Below are positions 8,616 to 18,267 of a DNA stretch of 64,000 nt, in pieces. This DNA is from a virus. The first letter of the stretch is position 1. The number at the start of each line of letters is the position of its first letter. The notes under the pieces were generated by a model. It did not search any database. It was not told where the DNA came from and worked only from the letters and a program-made list of their open reading frames with translations. Where the stretch lies: IMG/VR virus record IMGVR_UViG_3300018080_000129, positions 39,501 to 103,500 of that record; one strand, 5' to 3'. The translations under genes and the position numbers were made by a program.

Positions 8616-10904
8616 CTAATAATGTCCGTAAAAGTCTGCGGCTACCCGTTTCGCCATTGCCTGCCTGCGAAGCCGTTTCATTTCCTTCAACGTCACGCGC
8701 AACGCAAGCATTCCACTTTTATCCGCTACTCTCATGTGCTCCAGATTCTCGAATATTTCCTCAATCGTCCTATTTGGAATTGCAAGAATGCTGGCAGCCT
8801 TTTTCTCGTCCTCAAGCTGGCTCACAAAATGATTCAGCACCGCTCCCTTGAAAGCTGGTTTGGCTACCCAGGAAGCTTCAATGAATCTGAGAGACTCAGG
8901 GTCGCCTACCAGTTTGCCAGTCGAATCCTTATACGTCCTGCCGCAAAGCTCCGCAACAATGCGCTTCTTGCCGTCCTTGTCCGTGTAATAAGAAAGAAGC
9001 TCCGTCTTCAAATGGATACAGGTATCATCGTTGTCGGTAAACTCTTTGCCACACTTCGAGCACGTCACAATATGGGCAAGGCAGTTTTCGGCTCCAATAC
9101 CGCCACCAACTGTCAGACTGTGTTCTTCTTCTACTTCAAGACAATACACATACATCTTCTCGTTTACATCACTTATAGGTCGAACCTGTTCCACCTTTTT
9201 GATTCGACACATTACAAAATCATCCGATAATTGTTTGTGGAAACGTTTGTGTATTTTCCTTGGGTCGCCATCTGCCCAACGAGTCGTATATGGCGTTACT
9301 TTGCAAACAACCGAAGAAGGCACCGTGATATAATGTGCGGCTCTGTGCGCAACAATTATATCGCCCTGTTTTGTTTCGTGTGCTTCGTTGACCTTCCAAG
9401 AATGATACACACCTATCCGAGTAAGCATTAAACTCAATTGGCTGGCAAGTTTTGGACTTACAGTGGCACCAACAAGCCGTCCACGATTCTTCTTATCCAA
9501 ACAACCATCGCCATCAAACCAAGCACCTACAAGCGCACGAATAGCTGGAAGAGGCCACGAAACTACATCTTCAGTAACTTCTTTACCCCAAGAATAATGA
9601 CCACCATGATTCTTAAACCAATTCACAACATCTTCATTCCAGGCCGTTCGAATTTGACATTGTTTTGATTTTTTCCGCACATACAAAGAAGCGTTGACGT
9701 TAAATTCCTCCTTCAACAATTTTTGCGTTTCTCTTGCAAGCGTTTCTCTTTCGTCAATACTATAAGAAAATTCAACACAACGATATTTTCCCTTCTGTTT
9801 TACAAGATTTCCTTCGGCAAGATATAATCCCAAAAGCCTTGCTTTACCTGTCGAAATACTCTCCGAAGAAATCTCGTACTTACAAGGCATTGTAAGAAAA
9901 TCGCCTTTTTCAAGTTTACATGCTTCTTTCCAACTGAATTTTGGTTTTAATGCTTCTTTTAATGCTGCTTGACGTTGTTGCTTTTTCTCTGGACTATATG
10001 TAATCATAGGATTAAGAATACGAAGTTGATGTCCAGAAAGAAATGCCGCTTGAATAGTTCTACGAGATTTTTCTGCATTGTCCTCTAAGGGCAAGCCACA
10101 ACCACAACTACATTCATCTCGTCTTGTCAACGCCCAAAACTTATGATTTCCAGTACAAATAATTGGGTCAGGCCTTCCATCTATCCAAATCTTATAAATA
10201 TCACCGAACCAATGCGTTTTAATAGGACGTGTTACTTCACGAGCAAAACCACGATGCGTAATGACCTTCTCGCCCTTTTCAACCGTCTCAATAGACTTTT
10301 GAGTTCCATCAGACATTGTAACTAATGTGCCTCTTTGAAAACAACCCATCGAAAGCGTGTCCATCTCGCTGGACTCTATCCTTCTTATGAGGTCAGAATG
10401 CCTGCGATTCGTAGCGACAAGAATGTCTACATACTTGACATTCGCCTTCTTGCCATTCTTACCGACATAGATAACAGGCCGGACAACGGCATCCAGAATT
10501 TTTCCCTTGGAAAGTTCTGGAACCTGAATATGTTCTTCATAGTTTTCCGCACCAATGAAAGAGCGAAAAGTGGCAAGAAGAACAGGCTCCGTCCAGCCAT
10601 TGCCATTGTTATTGATAAGCTCATCACAGGGAGGAATAATGCGATAGCCGTCATCTTCGACGTTGACCGAACTGATAATCGAACAATGAGTGAAAAGATA
10701 ATCGCTAAGATTATACTTGCTCCAGTCAACTTCTATCTTCCTATCGCTGGCAATGCGCATATTGCCTCTGGTGAGCGCAAGCCAGTCTCTTTCAGGATGC
10801 CGAAGAACCTGAACCACGGGCGCATTGATGTCAAAGGCCCGCGATTTCTGACTGGCAATCAGAAGACATTGGTTGGAAGTGCAGCGTCTTTGCATGTTAT
10901 TCAT
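8616..10904 (-). CDS. probable prohead maturation protease containing an intein
   Basis: Extein has N-x-N-G-N-G-W, EH, GKILDAV, TLSMG|C...TCSKCG...CIHL and FIEASWVAKPAF motifs. Located between portal and scaffold genes. Confidence 0.65.
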   Translation of the reverse strand: MNNMQRRCTSNQCLLIASQKSRAFDINAPVVQVLRHPERDWLALTRGNMRIASDRKIEVDWSKYNLSDYLFTHCSIISSVNVEDDGYRIIPPCDELINNNGNGWTEPVLLATFRSFIGAENYEEHIQVPELSKGKILDAVVRPVIYVGKNGKKANVKYVDILVATNRRHSDLIRRIESSEMDTLSMGCFQRGTLVTMSDGTQKSIETVEKGEKVITHRGFAREVTRPIKTHWFGDIYKIWIDGRPDPIICTGNHKFWALTRRDECSCGCGLPLEDNAEKSRRTIQAAFLSGHQLRILNPMITYSPEKKQQRQAALKEALKPKFSWKEACKLEKGDFLTMPCKYEISSESISTGKARLLGLYLAEGNLVKQKGKYRCVEFSYSIDERETLARETQKLLKEEFNVNASLYVRKKSKQCQIRTAWNEDVVNWFKNHGGHYSWGKEVTEDVVSWPLPAIRALVGAWFDGDGCLDKKNRGRLVGATVSPKLASQLSLMLTRIGVYHSWKVNEAHETKQGDIIVAHRAAHYITVPSSVVCKVTPYTTRWADGDPRKIHKRFHKQLSDDFVMCRIKKVEQVRPISDVNEKMYVYCLEVEEEHSLTVGGGIGAENCLAHIVTCSKCGKEFTDNDDTCIHLKTELLSYYTDKDGKKRIVAELCGRTYKDSTGKLVGDPESLRFIEASWVAKPAFKGAVLNHFVSQLEDEKKAASILAIPNRTIEEIFENLEHMRVADKSGMLALRVTLKEMKRLRRQAMAKRVAADFYGHY
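9084..10343 (-). mobile_element. intein with LAGLIDADG homing endonuclease (420 aa)
   Basis: Starts CFQRGTLVTMSDG, block B CTGNHKF, LGLYLAEG and AWFDGDG motifs, ends VYCLEVEEEHSLTVGGGIGAEN followed by Cys+1. AT-richer than its flanks. Confidence 0.85.
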
Positions 10905-11629
10905 CCCACATAAGCCACTACGTCATAACGAGATAGAGGCTCATCTATCGAACCCGCTCCTCCCGCCACGACCGTTCCATAAAGCTTGTTCTCCCTACCT
11001 CTATTATTCAGAAAGGGAATCTCGAATGTCCAGACCTTTCCGTTCGGCACACCTTGGTCATTGTGTCGGTACTCCGCGCTGGTTACGTAGGAAGGAATGT
11101 CGGCCTTCTCAAGAGCCTTCCAGACTCTTTGGATGCCTTGCCACGACTCATCACTGAAAATACCTCTGGAAACGCTACCAATGAGCCTGTTGACGATGCG
11201 TTTCGCCGTCTGCTTGCTTTTCCCATCAAGAGGATTCGGATTTTCTGCTGCTTTTTTCTGATACTTCTTGGGCAGAAGATGCTCGTACTTTCCTTCTTCC
11301 GCTTCCTCTTCAAATCTGCTTACGAGGTCTTTGGCAAGTTCTGTTCGCGTAGCCTTATCTGCCAATTCATGCCATTTCTGGCCTCTGATTTTGTTCTCTT
11401 CGACGTATTGTTTCGCAGCACGTTCGGTCAGATACATCATCAACTGGACGGCTCTTCTGGAGTCATAAACACCACGGGCCATCTTCGTGATGAGATTCTT
11501 GGCATACTCTTCCCACACCCTCTTGGGCATCTTTCCCCGAATGAAAGCATCGAGTTCGCCTACCATCGGCTTATCAACAGCCAAGATTTCTCGCGCTATC
11601 CTCAGCAGTTCACGCACGTGAAAATTCAT
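10901..11629 (-). CDS. hypothetical protein with N-terminal amphipathic leader
   Basis: Likely start MNFHVRELLRIAREILA after GGGAG RBS. Confidence 0.7.
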   Translation of the reverse strand: MNFHVRELLRIAREILAVDKPMVGELDAFIRGKMPKRVWEEYAKNLITKMARGVYDSRRAVQLMMYLTERAAKQYVEENKIRGQKWHELADKATRTELAKDLVSRFEEEAEEGKYEHLLPKKYQKKAAENPNPLDGKSKQTAKRIVNRLIGSVSRGIFSDESWQGIQRVWKALEKADIPSYVTSAEYRHNDQGVPNGKVWTFEIPFLNNRGRENKLYGTVVAGGAGSIDEPLSRYDVVAYVG

Positions 11630-11645
11630 GTTCGAACTCCCGCTT

Positions 11646-12002
11646 TTAGGGCTGAAAAACATTGGCGGCAACCATATTGCTCATGTTGCCGTATTTTCTG
11701 TTGCCCGTGGCTGTAAAGAGCGTATCACAATAGCCTTTTTCGCAGGCATCTTGAACTGGAATCTTCATCAGGTCGCGTCCGATAATCGAAATCTGTTCCC
11801 CGATGAGTTCGACATTGTTCAGGGTGCCATTGTTCTGGCTGTTACGGGTAAGCGGTTCCTGCAACCAAGTGCGGCTGGTAAGCATGTTCGTCTTGAACGT
11901 GTTTGCCGCTGTCAGTTCAGCACCTGTTGCGGGATTGTAGCGCAGGGAACGGCCAACCGCATACACCCATCTGGCGTATTCCCAATTATCAATGCCCGTC
12001 AT
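11646..12002 (-). CDS. hypothetical virion-associated protein
   Basis: RBS AAGGAGGAG; ORF within the late operon. Confidence 0.65.
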   Translation of the reverse strand: MTGIDNWEYARWVYAVGRSLRYNPATGAELTAANTFKTNMLTSRTWLQEPLTRNSQNNGTLNNVELIGEQISIIGRDLMKIPVQDACEKGYCDTLFTATGNRKYGNMSNMVAANVFQP

Positions 12003-12214
12003 TGAGACTCCTCCTTGTGATTTCCATTCGTTGCTTCAATCTTCTTTTCAAGCTTTTTCACACCCGAACGCAGTGACATTGCCGTGCCGCCGCCGAGAAT
12101 GACCAGCAGCGTTTGAAAAGTCGCATCGTCGATAATCCCGAAATGTTTCAAAACCGCCGCGACTATTACCAGCAATGCCAGAATGTAGGTTCGATAGCCT
12201 GAGAGCTTGTCCAT
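11999..12214 (-). CDS. small two-TM membrane protein (holin-like)
   Basis: LSGYRTYILALLVIVAAVL...TLLVILGGGTAMSLRSGVKK, basic C-terminus. Confidence 0.5.
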   Translation of the reverse strand: MDKLSGYRTYILALLVIVAAVLKHFGIIDDATFQTLLVILGGGTAMSLRSGVKKLEKKIEATNGNHKEESQ

Positions 12215-12250
12215 GTTACACTCTCCCCACATCTTCGTGAGATGTGATTA

Positions 12251-12508
12251 CTAAGAACCAATCTTCGAGTTGTTGGAACCCGGATTGAACGCGCCGAGAA
12301 CGGGAACATTCCGGTTCGTGTTCTTGCCGACGTTTTCTGTTCCGAGATAGTCCTTGTCAATCGTCGGCTGCTTTCTGGCGGCTGCCGGATAAGTCGTAAA
12401 GACATTAGGCGGCAGTGCCACTGCGTTGTTTTTGAAGAATGCCAGTTCGTCTTCACGAACGCGACCGGCAATCACTTGCTGATACCTTCTGCTGTAAGCC
12501 ATTTTCAA
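12251..12508 (-). CDS. hypothetical protein
   Basis: ORF with AAAGGAG RBS. Confidence 0.65.
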   Translation of the reverse strand: MKMAYSRRYQQVIAGRVREDELAFFKNNAVALPPNVFTTYPAAARKQPTIDKDYLGTENVGKNTNRNVPVLGAFNPGSNNSKIGS

Positions 12509-12567
12509 GCTCCTTTCACGTAATCAGAGAAAGAACAATATCACGCTTCATATTGTCCCAACTTACT

Positions 12568-12828
12568 TTAGTTAGGAACACCTTCCTTACGTTTCTTGAT
12601 ATAACCACACATCCGATGCGCGTTTTCCTGAGGAAAACCTTTTTCCTTCATAAAGTAGTTCACGCAGCCACCGAACTTGCTTGGCTTGCCTACGCCCGGA
12701 GCATTCTGGCTCTTGAACTCTTCGGGGCTTTTCATGTATCGCTTGTCAAACGCACCCTTGAGTTCTCTGGCTACGAGCAAATCCTTCGCGATAGCCAGAA
12801 GTGCTCTCGCCACTTTCACCCTGTCCAT
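12568..12828 (-). CDS. hypothetical protein with N-terminal amphipathic leader
   Basis: MDRVKVARALLAIAKDLLVA after AGGAGG RBS. Confidence 0.75.
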   Translation of the reverse strand: MDRVKVARALLAIAKDLLVARELKGAFDKRYMKSPEEFKSQNAPGVGKPSKFGGCVNYFMKEKGFPQENAHRMCGYIKKRKEGVPN

Positions 12829-12839
12829 TGTGCTTCCTC

Positions 12840-13148
12840 CTAATCTATTGAATCTACAGAACCTCTTCGGGTTTTGCACTCTGCTGTTACAACCAGCAGC
12901 TTATCTGTCGTTATCTTCCAGCCGCATTTGGGACAGATGTAGATTTTGTTCTTGCGCGTATAGGGCTGCAAATCCATTTCTTTCTTGCATCGGGGACAGT
13001 TCATAACACCAAGCTCATTCTCCGAGCGAGTTGTCCTGTAGATTCTGTCCCGCTCCGCATGATAAACAGCCCTGCGAGTGCGGAGACTGGCAAAACGGCC
13101 ACCAGAAAGCCTGTTGGTAAGTCTCTGAATTATTTCTCTCTCGTTCAT
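12840..13148 (-). CDS. zinc-ribbon protein
   Basis: CPRC...CPKCGW motifs. Confidence 0.65.
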   Translation of the reverse strand: MNEREIIQRLTNRLSGGRFASLRTRRAVYHAERDRIYRTTRSENELGVMNCPRCKKEMDLQPYTRKNKIYICPKCGWKITTDKLLVVTAECKTRRGSVDSID

Positions 13149-13155
13149 AAAGTCA

Positions 13156-14256
13156 TCAGCCAATATCTTCTGGCGGGTAGTCAAGAGCCTGCTTCACAGT
13201 AGAAAAGAACTCACTTACTTGGCTTACCGGCCCTTTTTTACTTTCGAATTGACCGAATTCTCCCTTGAATTCACCTGACTTCATTTTATCCATAAAACCT
13301 TTTATCTTCGATGTCCAAGGTGCCTTAACGTTCTTGAGGGCCTCGCCAAATTTCTCGAAATTCTTCTTTGTGGGAGACATCTTGGAAATACTCAAAAGCT
13401 TCTTGACATTCGGGTCTTTGTCTACTGTCGCATGTTCTTTCTTACGATGACCAAGAATGCTATCAAAGAAATCATCAGAAGCATCACTGAATTTTTCCTT
13501 CTTTTCAGGAGCCTTCTTTTCTTTTACCTTTTCCTTGACCTTCTCTTTCACCTTCTCCTTGGTCTCTCCCTCTCCTTTTGCGGGAGCTTCTGTCTTCCTG
13601 AACTTCGGCTTTATCTGAGTGCCAGGATGTTCCTTCTTGTATTTCTTCCACTCCTCTTGAGACCACTCATAATCAGGACTGTGCTCCTTCTGAGCATCCC
13701 TTCGGCTCTTCAAAGTTGCGAAACAAGAGCCTGTCTTGGGTTCCTGAACTCCAGCCTCTTCATAACTCTCATCATGCAGGTCATCTGCTAAATCCTGCAT
13801 GATGGAAAAGCCGCCGCCTCTCGGCTCATCCATTCCATGTGTCTCAGGGTCTCCCACATACTCATCCGTTGGAGCACCTTCTTCTTTTTCCTCCGTAGCC
13901 GCCAAAAACTTGCGTCCTCGGCCTGCCATGCGACGATTTCTGTAACCGTAAGTATCTTCAGTTCCGGCAGTCAATCTCTCTTGCAATTCCTTTCTAATTT
14001 CATCTTCGATGTCCAAGGCCAAAAGAACTTCTTCGGGGTCATGTTGTACGACAGGCCCGCCTCCCCACGCAACATAAACCTTGTTCTCTTTCGGTTCGAT
14101 TCTCCTGACGATTCCGTAGAAACTCGAATCGCCTTTGGAGGAAGCGACGAAAGGCTTTACTATATCATCTACTCTAAACGAGTAAATGATGCCAGAAGCC
14201 TCAGAACGAGAGTAACTGCTTCCTCGACGTATTCTCATTTTCCTTCTCCTTGACAA
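13156..14256 (-). CDS. hypothetical protein (SH3-like N-terminal region, charged low-complexity C-terminus)
   Basis: Long ORF downstream of a late-promoter-like motif. Confidence 0.7.
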   Translation of the reverse strand: MSRRRKMRIRRGSSYSRSEASGIIYSFRVDDIVKPFVASSKGDSSFYGIVRRIEPKENKVYVAWGGGPVVQHDPEEVLLALDIEDEIRKELQERLTAGTEDTYGYRNRRMAGRGRKFLAATEEKEEGAPTDEYVGDPETHGMDEPRGGGFSIMQDLADDLHDESYEEAGVQEPKTGSCFATLKSRRDAQKEHSPDYEWSQEEWKKYKKEHPGTQIKPKFRKTEAPAKGEGETKEKVKEKVKEKVKEKKAPEKKEKFSDASDDFFDSILGHRKKEHATVDKDPNVKKLLSISKMSPTKKNFEKFGEALKNVKAPWTSKIKGFMDKMKSGEFKGEFGQFESKKGPVSQVSEFFSTVKQALDYPPEDIG

Positions 14257-14270
14257 ATGCTTTCATACCA

Positions 14271-14294
14271 TATAAGGCATTTATCAAAAAATTA
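14271..14294 (-). promoter_or_regulatory. putative phage late promoter (motif copy)
   Basis: TAATTTTTTGATAAATGCCTTATA. Confidence 0.55.
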
Positions 14295-14301
14295 TCACTC
14301 C

Positions 14302-14712
14302 TCAGGTAATTTCAACCGGATACTTCAGAACAGGATATTTCCTGTCTGTAATAGCTACATTCCTGATATTCCTCAATGCAAAACTCTTCACATGACGAGC
14401 CTTAACATCCTGAGCGTACAGCATTTTTCTCCTGCCAACCTTGAGCTTCCGATACCTCCAACTCATCGGAGCCACAATGTACTTTTTCAACTCTCCCGTG
14501 GTTGTCTTAACGTACTTGATGATAATCTGTCTTTCCCTGAGAGCCGCTTCGCGTATCGCCAGACGCTTATTGCGCATGGCATAAAGAGTGCCACGAACCT
14601 TTACTGGCCTCGTTCTGACTGGCTTTCTTCGAGCAGCTTTTGCTTCCTGTTGCTTGATGAAATCTGCCCGACTAATTCCTGTCTTGATGAATTCCTTGAT
14701 GTCGCGAGGCAT
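14302..14712 (-). CDS. WYL-domain-like protein
   Basis: IIIKY...IVAPMSW...LYAQD...KSFALRNIRNV matches the WYL pattern (I.Y...V.P....L.A....R.F.L.RI). Confidence 0.55.
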   Translation of the reverse strand: MPRDIKEFIKTGISRADFIKQQEAKAARRKPVRTRPVKVRGTLYAMRNKRLAIREAALRERQIIIKYVKTTTGELKKYIVAPMSWRYRKLKVGRRKMLYAQDVKARHVKSFALRNIRNVAITDRKYPVLKYPVEIT

Positions 14713-14732
14713 CTAAAACCCCATCTCATATT

Positions 14733-15035
14733 CTACGAGTCGTGACGATTTGCGTAAGCAGAAGCCATTGGCATTCCAACCTCCACCAGAATCTCCTCTT
14801 CGTTCATCCGCGTGTTTTCCTGATAATCATTCGCGTTCGGATTGGGAATCATGTCGGCAGTATTGGTAGACCATGATGCGCATTGCGTTCCGACATTCGT
14901 GTTCGGCCAATTATTATCCCAACGCATGAACCAGTAAAGTGCTCGGCAGTAACCTTTGTGAACGCAAGTGGTGCAGCCTTGCCCTTGCGGACGTTTCGTT
15001 GTTCCCGTCTCAGGGTAGGGAAATTCGAAGGTCAT
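14733..15035 (-). CDS. hypothetical Cys-motif protein
   Basis: CTTCVHKGYC...C. Confidence 0.6.
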   Translation of the reverse strand: MTFEFPYPETGTTKRPQGQGCTTCVHKGYCRALYWFMRWDNNWPNTNVGTQCASWSTNTADMIPNPNANDYQENTRMNEEEILVEVGMPMASAYANRHDS

Positions 15036-15283
15036 TCCTCAAACGCCTCCAAAGCCTTGGCTACGTCTGCGATGTAAGGAGCAATTGCTGTCTCCATCAA
15101 ATCCTTGACTTTTTCCAAGGCCTGCTTCTCCAATTCGTTTTCCGGCTTGACAAGAGACAGAGACTCATCAATCGCCAAAACAGATGCGATGATGTTATCG
15201 ACCGCTTCATCGACAATCACAAGCGGTTCTTTCTCCTCCTGCGCCAGTTCCGTCGCAATTTTCTCGGCATTATCTGCATCCAT
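15032..15283 (-). CDS. hypothetical protein
   Basis: ORF after a late-promoter-like motif. Confidence 0.65.
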   Translation of the reverse strand: MDADNAEKIATELAQEEKEPLVIVDEAVDNIIASVLAIDESLSLVKPENELEKQALEKVKDLMETAIAPYIADVAKALEAFEE

Positions 15284-15318
15284 AATATTCCCTTTCGTAG
15301 ACTTTCAAGAGCCTACAA

Positions 15319-15342
15319 TATAATGGGAATATAAAAGAATTA
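15319..15342 (-). promoter_or_regulatory. putative phage late promoter (motif copy)
   Basis: TAATTCTTTTATATTCCCATTATA, directly after a terminator. Confidence 0.65.
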
Positions 15343-15346
15343 TCAC

Positions 15347-15374
15347 AAAAAAAGCCCTTGCAAAAGCAAGGGCT
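15347..15374 (-). terminator. intrinsic terminator
   Basis: AGCCCTTGC-TTTT-GCAAGGGCT followed by a T run. Confidence 0.75.
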
Positions 15375-15407
15375 ACCGACAAACGACTACACCCGCAACA
15401 CGAGGGG

Positions 15408-15647
15408 CTAATCAGGCCTGTCGTCGGGGTCTTTCTCTGTATCTAAATCCCTATCTTTTGGGGTTTTACGCTTTGTCCTGTACCGTTCCTTGACATCATC
15501 TCTTGGAGGTTTGAATTCAGGTTCGCGGTCTCTGCCTTTGGAAGCTCCTCCCGTGTCGGACATCAGGTCTTTGTCCTTGCGCTTGACCTGAAGCCCTCTG
15601 ACTGCCCAACGGAGAACTTTCGCTACTATCCTTTTTTCATCTACCAT
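15408..15647 (-). CDS. hypothetical basic protein
   Basis: ORF after the portal gene. Confidence 0.6.
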   Translation of the reverse strand: MVDEKRIVAKVLRWAVRGLQVKRKDKDLMSDTGGASKGRDREPEFKPPRDDVKERYRTKRKTPKDRDLDTEKDPDDRPD

Positions 15648-15656
15648 GACATGTCC

Positions 15657-17780
15657 TTAGCTGAATGCAACGTCTTCTGTTTCCTCATCCACTTCTTCTT
15701 CTGCTGGCTTTTCTTCTTCGGCGGCTGATTCTTCCTCCTCTTCTGGAGGCGTCTCTTCCTTACTTTCTTCTTCGGCGGCTGCTTCTTCGCCTTCTCCTTC
15801 AGCCGGAGCCTGCTCACTCATTTTCTCTTCAATAGCTTGGTCAATTTGTTCATCTGTGGCATCTTCAGGAAGTTCCTCGGCGACTTCTTCGGCTATTTGT
15901 TCCTCATCTGCTGCCGGTTCTTCACCAAAGCCTCCACCGAAACCGCCTCCCATACCTTCTTCTCCCTCAGCAGCTTTGAGTTCCAGCTTGAGATACTTGG
16001 CTGTCTTCTCAACAAGATTACTGCGTTCGCCAAGCTGTGCGCCAACCGCGTCATTCATGGTTTCAACGGCACGATTGAAAGTCGGGTCTTTGACGGTGAA
16101 CAAGTCGTCATAAATCTGGTCATGGATGGCTTCGGTATTGAGATTGAACAACTCATAGATGATGTCGATGGGCAAACTGCCCTTCTGGTAAAGCTGGAAG
16201 AGACTGTCAAAGACTTCCTGATTGTCCCTGATGGTGAGCCTGTTGAACCCAAGCTTCGGATACCAATACTGCTTGATTCCATTGGCGTCTTCCTCATACC
16301 AACCCTTCTTCTCGGCAACAGGCTCGAAGAGATATTTCTCCACAAATCGCTGTAACTGTTCGCGGGTAATCAGGAACATCGTGTTCAGGATTTCCACGGT
16401 AATCTTGTTGCCGCTAAACGTTCCTTCTCCCGTCAGCAATTCCCGCGTTACCCCCAAAGCGGCAAAAACCTGATTCTCGATATTCTCGTATTCGGCAGAA
16501 AGGTCGAGCAGTCTTCCTTCCGCGCCGATTTGTTCCCAATCCCACTCATAGTTCGTAACAATGGAATAATCAGGGTCAAGATAGGAGAGGTCAAGCTGTG
16601 CTCTCAAATCATCAAGCTGGTCGTTCGTCAGCAGCGGAGCCTGCACCTTGTTTTTTGGCGTCATGTTTCGACTCGCCAAGCTCAACTGCGTATAACGATA
16701 ATGCTCCTTCTGAAGCATCGGAACCAGAATTCTTTCAAGAACAGAAGCTCCTAAATCAAGATAAGGAGAACGTCTACGGCCCATGTGATAGACATACGAA
16801 CCAGTAGAAGGGTCGCTGTCCATGACAATACAGCCATGCTTTCTGACCATATCCTTAATCTCTTTTGGGATATGCTCCACAATCTCCGAATAAATGCTGT
16901 TATCGCTGCAAAGGTCTGGATAGCCCTGTCCATTGAAATAATTCTGAATAAGCTGAATAAGTCGTTCCGGTCTGTATTCCACTCTTGCAATTTCAGAGAA
17001 CGGGTACTGAAAAATATCGACTTCTTCAGGCGGCAAAATGGTAATCTTCGACCACATTTCCATCTTGTCGTCCCACTCAATAAAAGCAAATACGTTTCCA
17101 ATCATGTTGTGTTCCCACAACATTTCCTGCAAGCGCGAAAAAAGGTCAATCCGGTCAACCATGTACCGATAGAAATCGTAAATCTGTTGCTTCTTTTTCT
17201 TGCCAATCTTTTCAAGCTTGGGCATATTGAGTGTAATTCTGCTCATCGGCAGGTCAGTCAAAAGCTCCAATGCTCTTCCCACATAAGCGTCAGAACGTGC
17301 CCAATAACGATACCATGAATACTTCTCTTTCAGCGTGACAGGCCAGTACAACACGCCTCCATTTTGCTGATTCATCATCACAAAATAGGGAGGAATATCA
17401 GCCGTGCCTGAAGTCTGATTCAAACCATCTGCATAAGAGGTTCTGTAAGAAGACAAGTAGCCGGTCTGATTATAGCTGGAAAGAGGAGCATTCTGCAACA
17501 TCATGCCTGCGCTTCTCTGCCTGAATCCGAAGCCGCCTGCTCCAGTAGTGATAAACTCTTGCTTCCTCGCCATTATTGTTTTTGTTGTATCCACTTTTCC
17601 CGTAGTGACGCGAGGCCTCTTGACGCCGCCCTTTATAATATCGTTTTGCGTAACAGGCATACGTTGAATAGAAGCCGTTCTCTGACGTTGAACAGGAGCC
17701 GTTTTCTGCCGTTGAACGGAAGCCGTTTTCCGACGGCCTTTCGCAGAAGACTTCTTTTGAGCCGCTTTCTTCTTAGCCAT
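15657..17780 (-). CDS. portal protein (probable)
   Basis: About 700 aa, downstream of terminase. Helical core with GNVFAFIEWD and YHMGRRRSPY..LGASVLERIL, acidic C-terminal tail. Confidence 0.7.
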   Translation of the reverse strand: MAKKKAAQKKSSAKGRRKTASVQRQKTAPVQRQRTASIQRMPVTQNDIIKGGVKRPRVTTGKVDTTKTIMARKQEFITTGAGGFGFRQRSAGMMLQNAPLSSYNQTGYLSSYRTSYADGLNQTSGTADIPPYFVMMNQQNGGVLYWPVTLKEKYSWYRYWARSDAYVGRALELLTDLPMSRITLNMPKLEKIGKKKKQQIYDFYRYMVDRIDLFSRLQEMLWEHNMIGNVFAFIEWDDKMEMWSKITILPPEEVDIFQYPFSEIARVEYRPERLIQLIQNYFNGQGYPDLCSDNSIYSEIVEHIPKEIKDMVRKHGCIVMDSDPSTGSYVYHMGRRRSPYLDLGASVLERILVPMLQKEHYRYTQLSLASRNMTPKNKVQAPLLTNDQLDDLRAQLDLSYLDPDYSIVTNYEWDWEQIGAEGRLLDLSAEYENIENQVFAALGVTRELLTGEGTFSGNKITVEILNTMFLITREQLQRFVEKYLFEPVAEKKGWYEEDANGIKQYWYPKLGFNRLTIRDNQEVFDSLFQLYQKGSLPIDIIYELFNLNTEAIHDQIYDDLFTVKDPTFNRAVETMNDAVGAQLGERSNLVEKTAKYLKLELKAAEGEEGMGGGFGGGFGEEPAADEEQIAEEVAEELPEDATDEQIDQAIEEKMSEQAPAEGEGEEAAAEEESKEETPPEEEEESAAEEEKPAEEEVDEETEDVAFS

Positions 17781-18246
17781 TATCAAATCCTTCGTATTGT
17801 TCAACGTGTCTGCTGTTCAGCTTCGTTTCCAGAAGACCCCTATGAAAGGCCATCATCATGCGTTCAAGCCGCCCTATTCGCGTTCTGACATAGGGATGCT
17901 CTTTGAACTCCGTTTTTATCTTCTCGGTCTCCTGAGCCAACTTGACAACGCCTTGCGCCATTTCGTCCAGACGCTTATTGAGAGAAAGGGCCAGTTCCAT
18001 TTTCTTTTTTAGCTCTTCTTCTTTTTGTTGCTCTTCCGCAGCCTTTTTCCTACTTTTCTTTTTTGACTTCTTTTTGGTTTTTTGTTTTTCTTGTAGTTGT
18101 TTGGCAAGTTCCATCCTTCTTTTGGCTTGCTCGTTGGCAATCAAAATAGGATGACCAGGAGGCAAATCAGGCTCTTTCTTCTCGTTCTCGGCCAGCATTT
18201 CCTCCGCTTGCTTGATGCTCTTGAGCAAATTAACGTCTACTTTCAT
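17773..18246 (-). CDS. hypothetical coiled-coil protein
   Basis: ORF within the operon. Confidence 0.65.
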   Translation of the reverse strand: MKVDVNLLKSIKQAEEMLAENEKKEPDLPPGHPILIANEQAKRRMELAKQLQEKQKTKKKSKKKSRKKAAEEQQKEEELKKKMELALSLNKRLDEMAQGVVKLAQETEKIKTEFKEHPYVRTRIGRLERMMMAFHRGLLETKLNSRHVEQYEGFDNG

Positions 18247-18267
18247 TCGACTATTCCCTTCATATTA

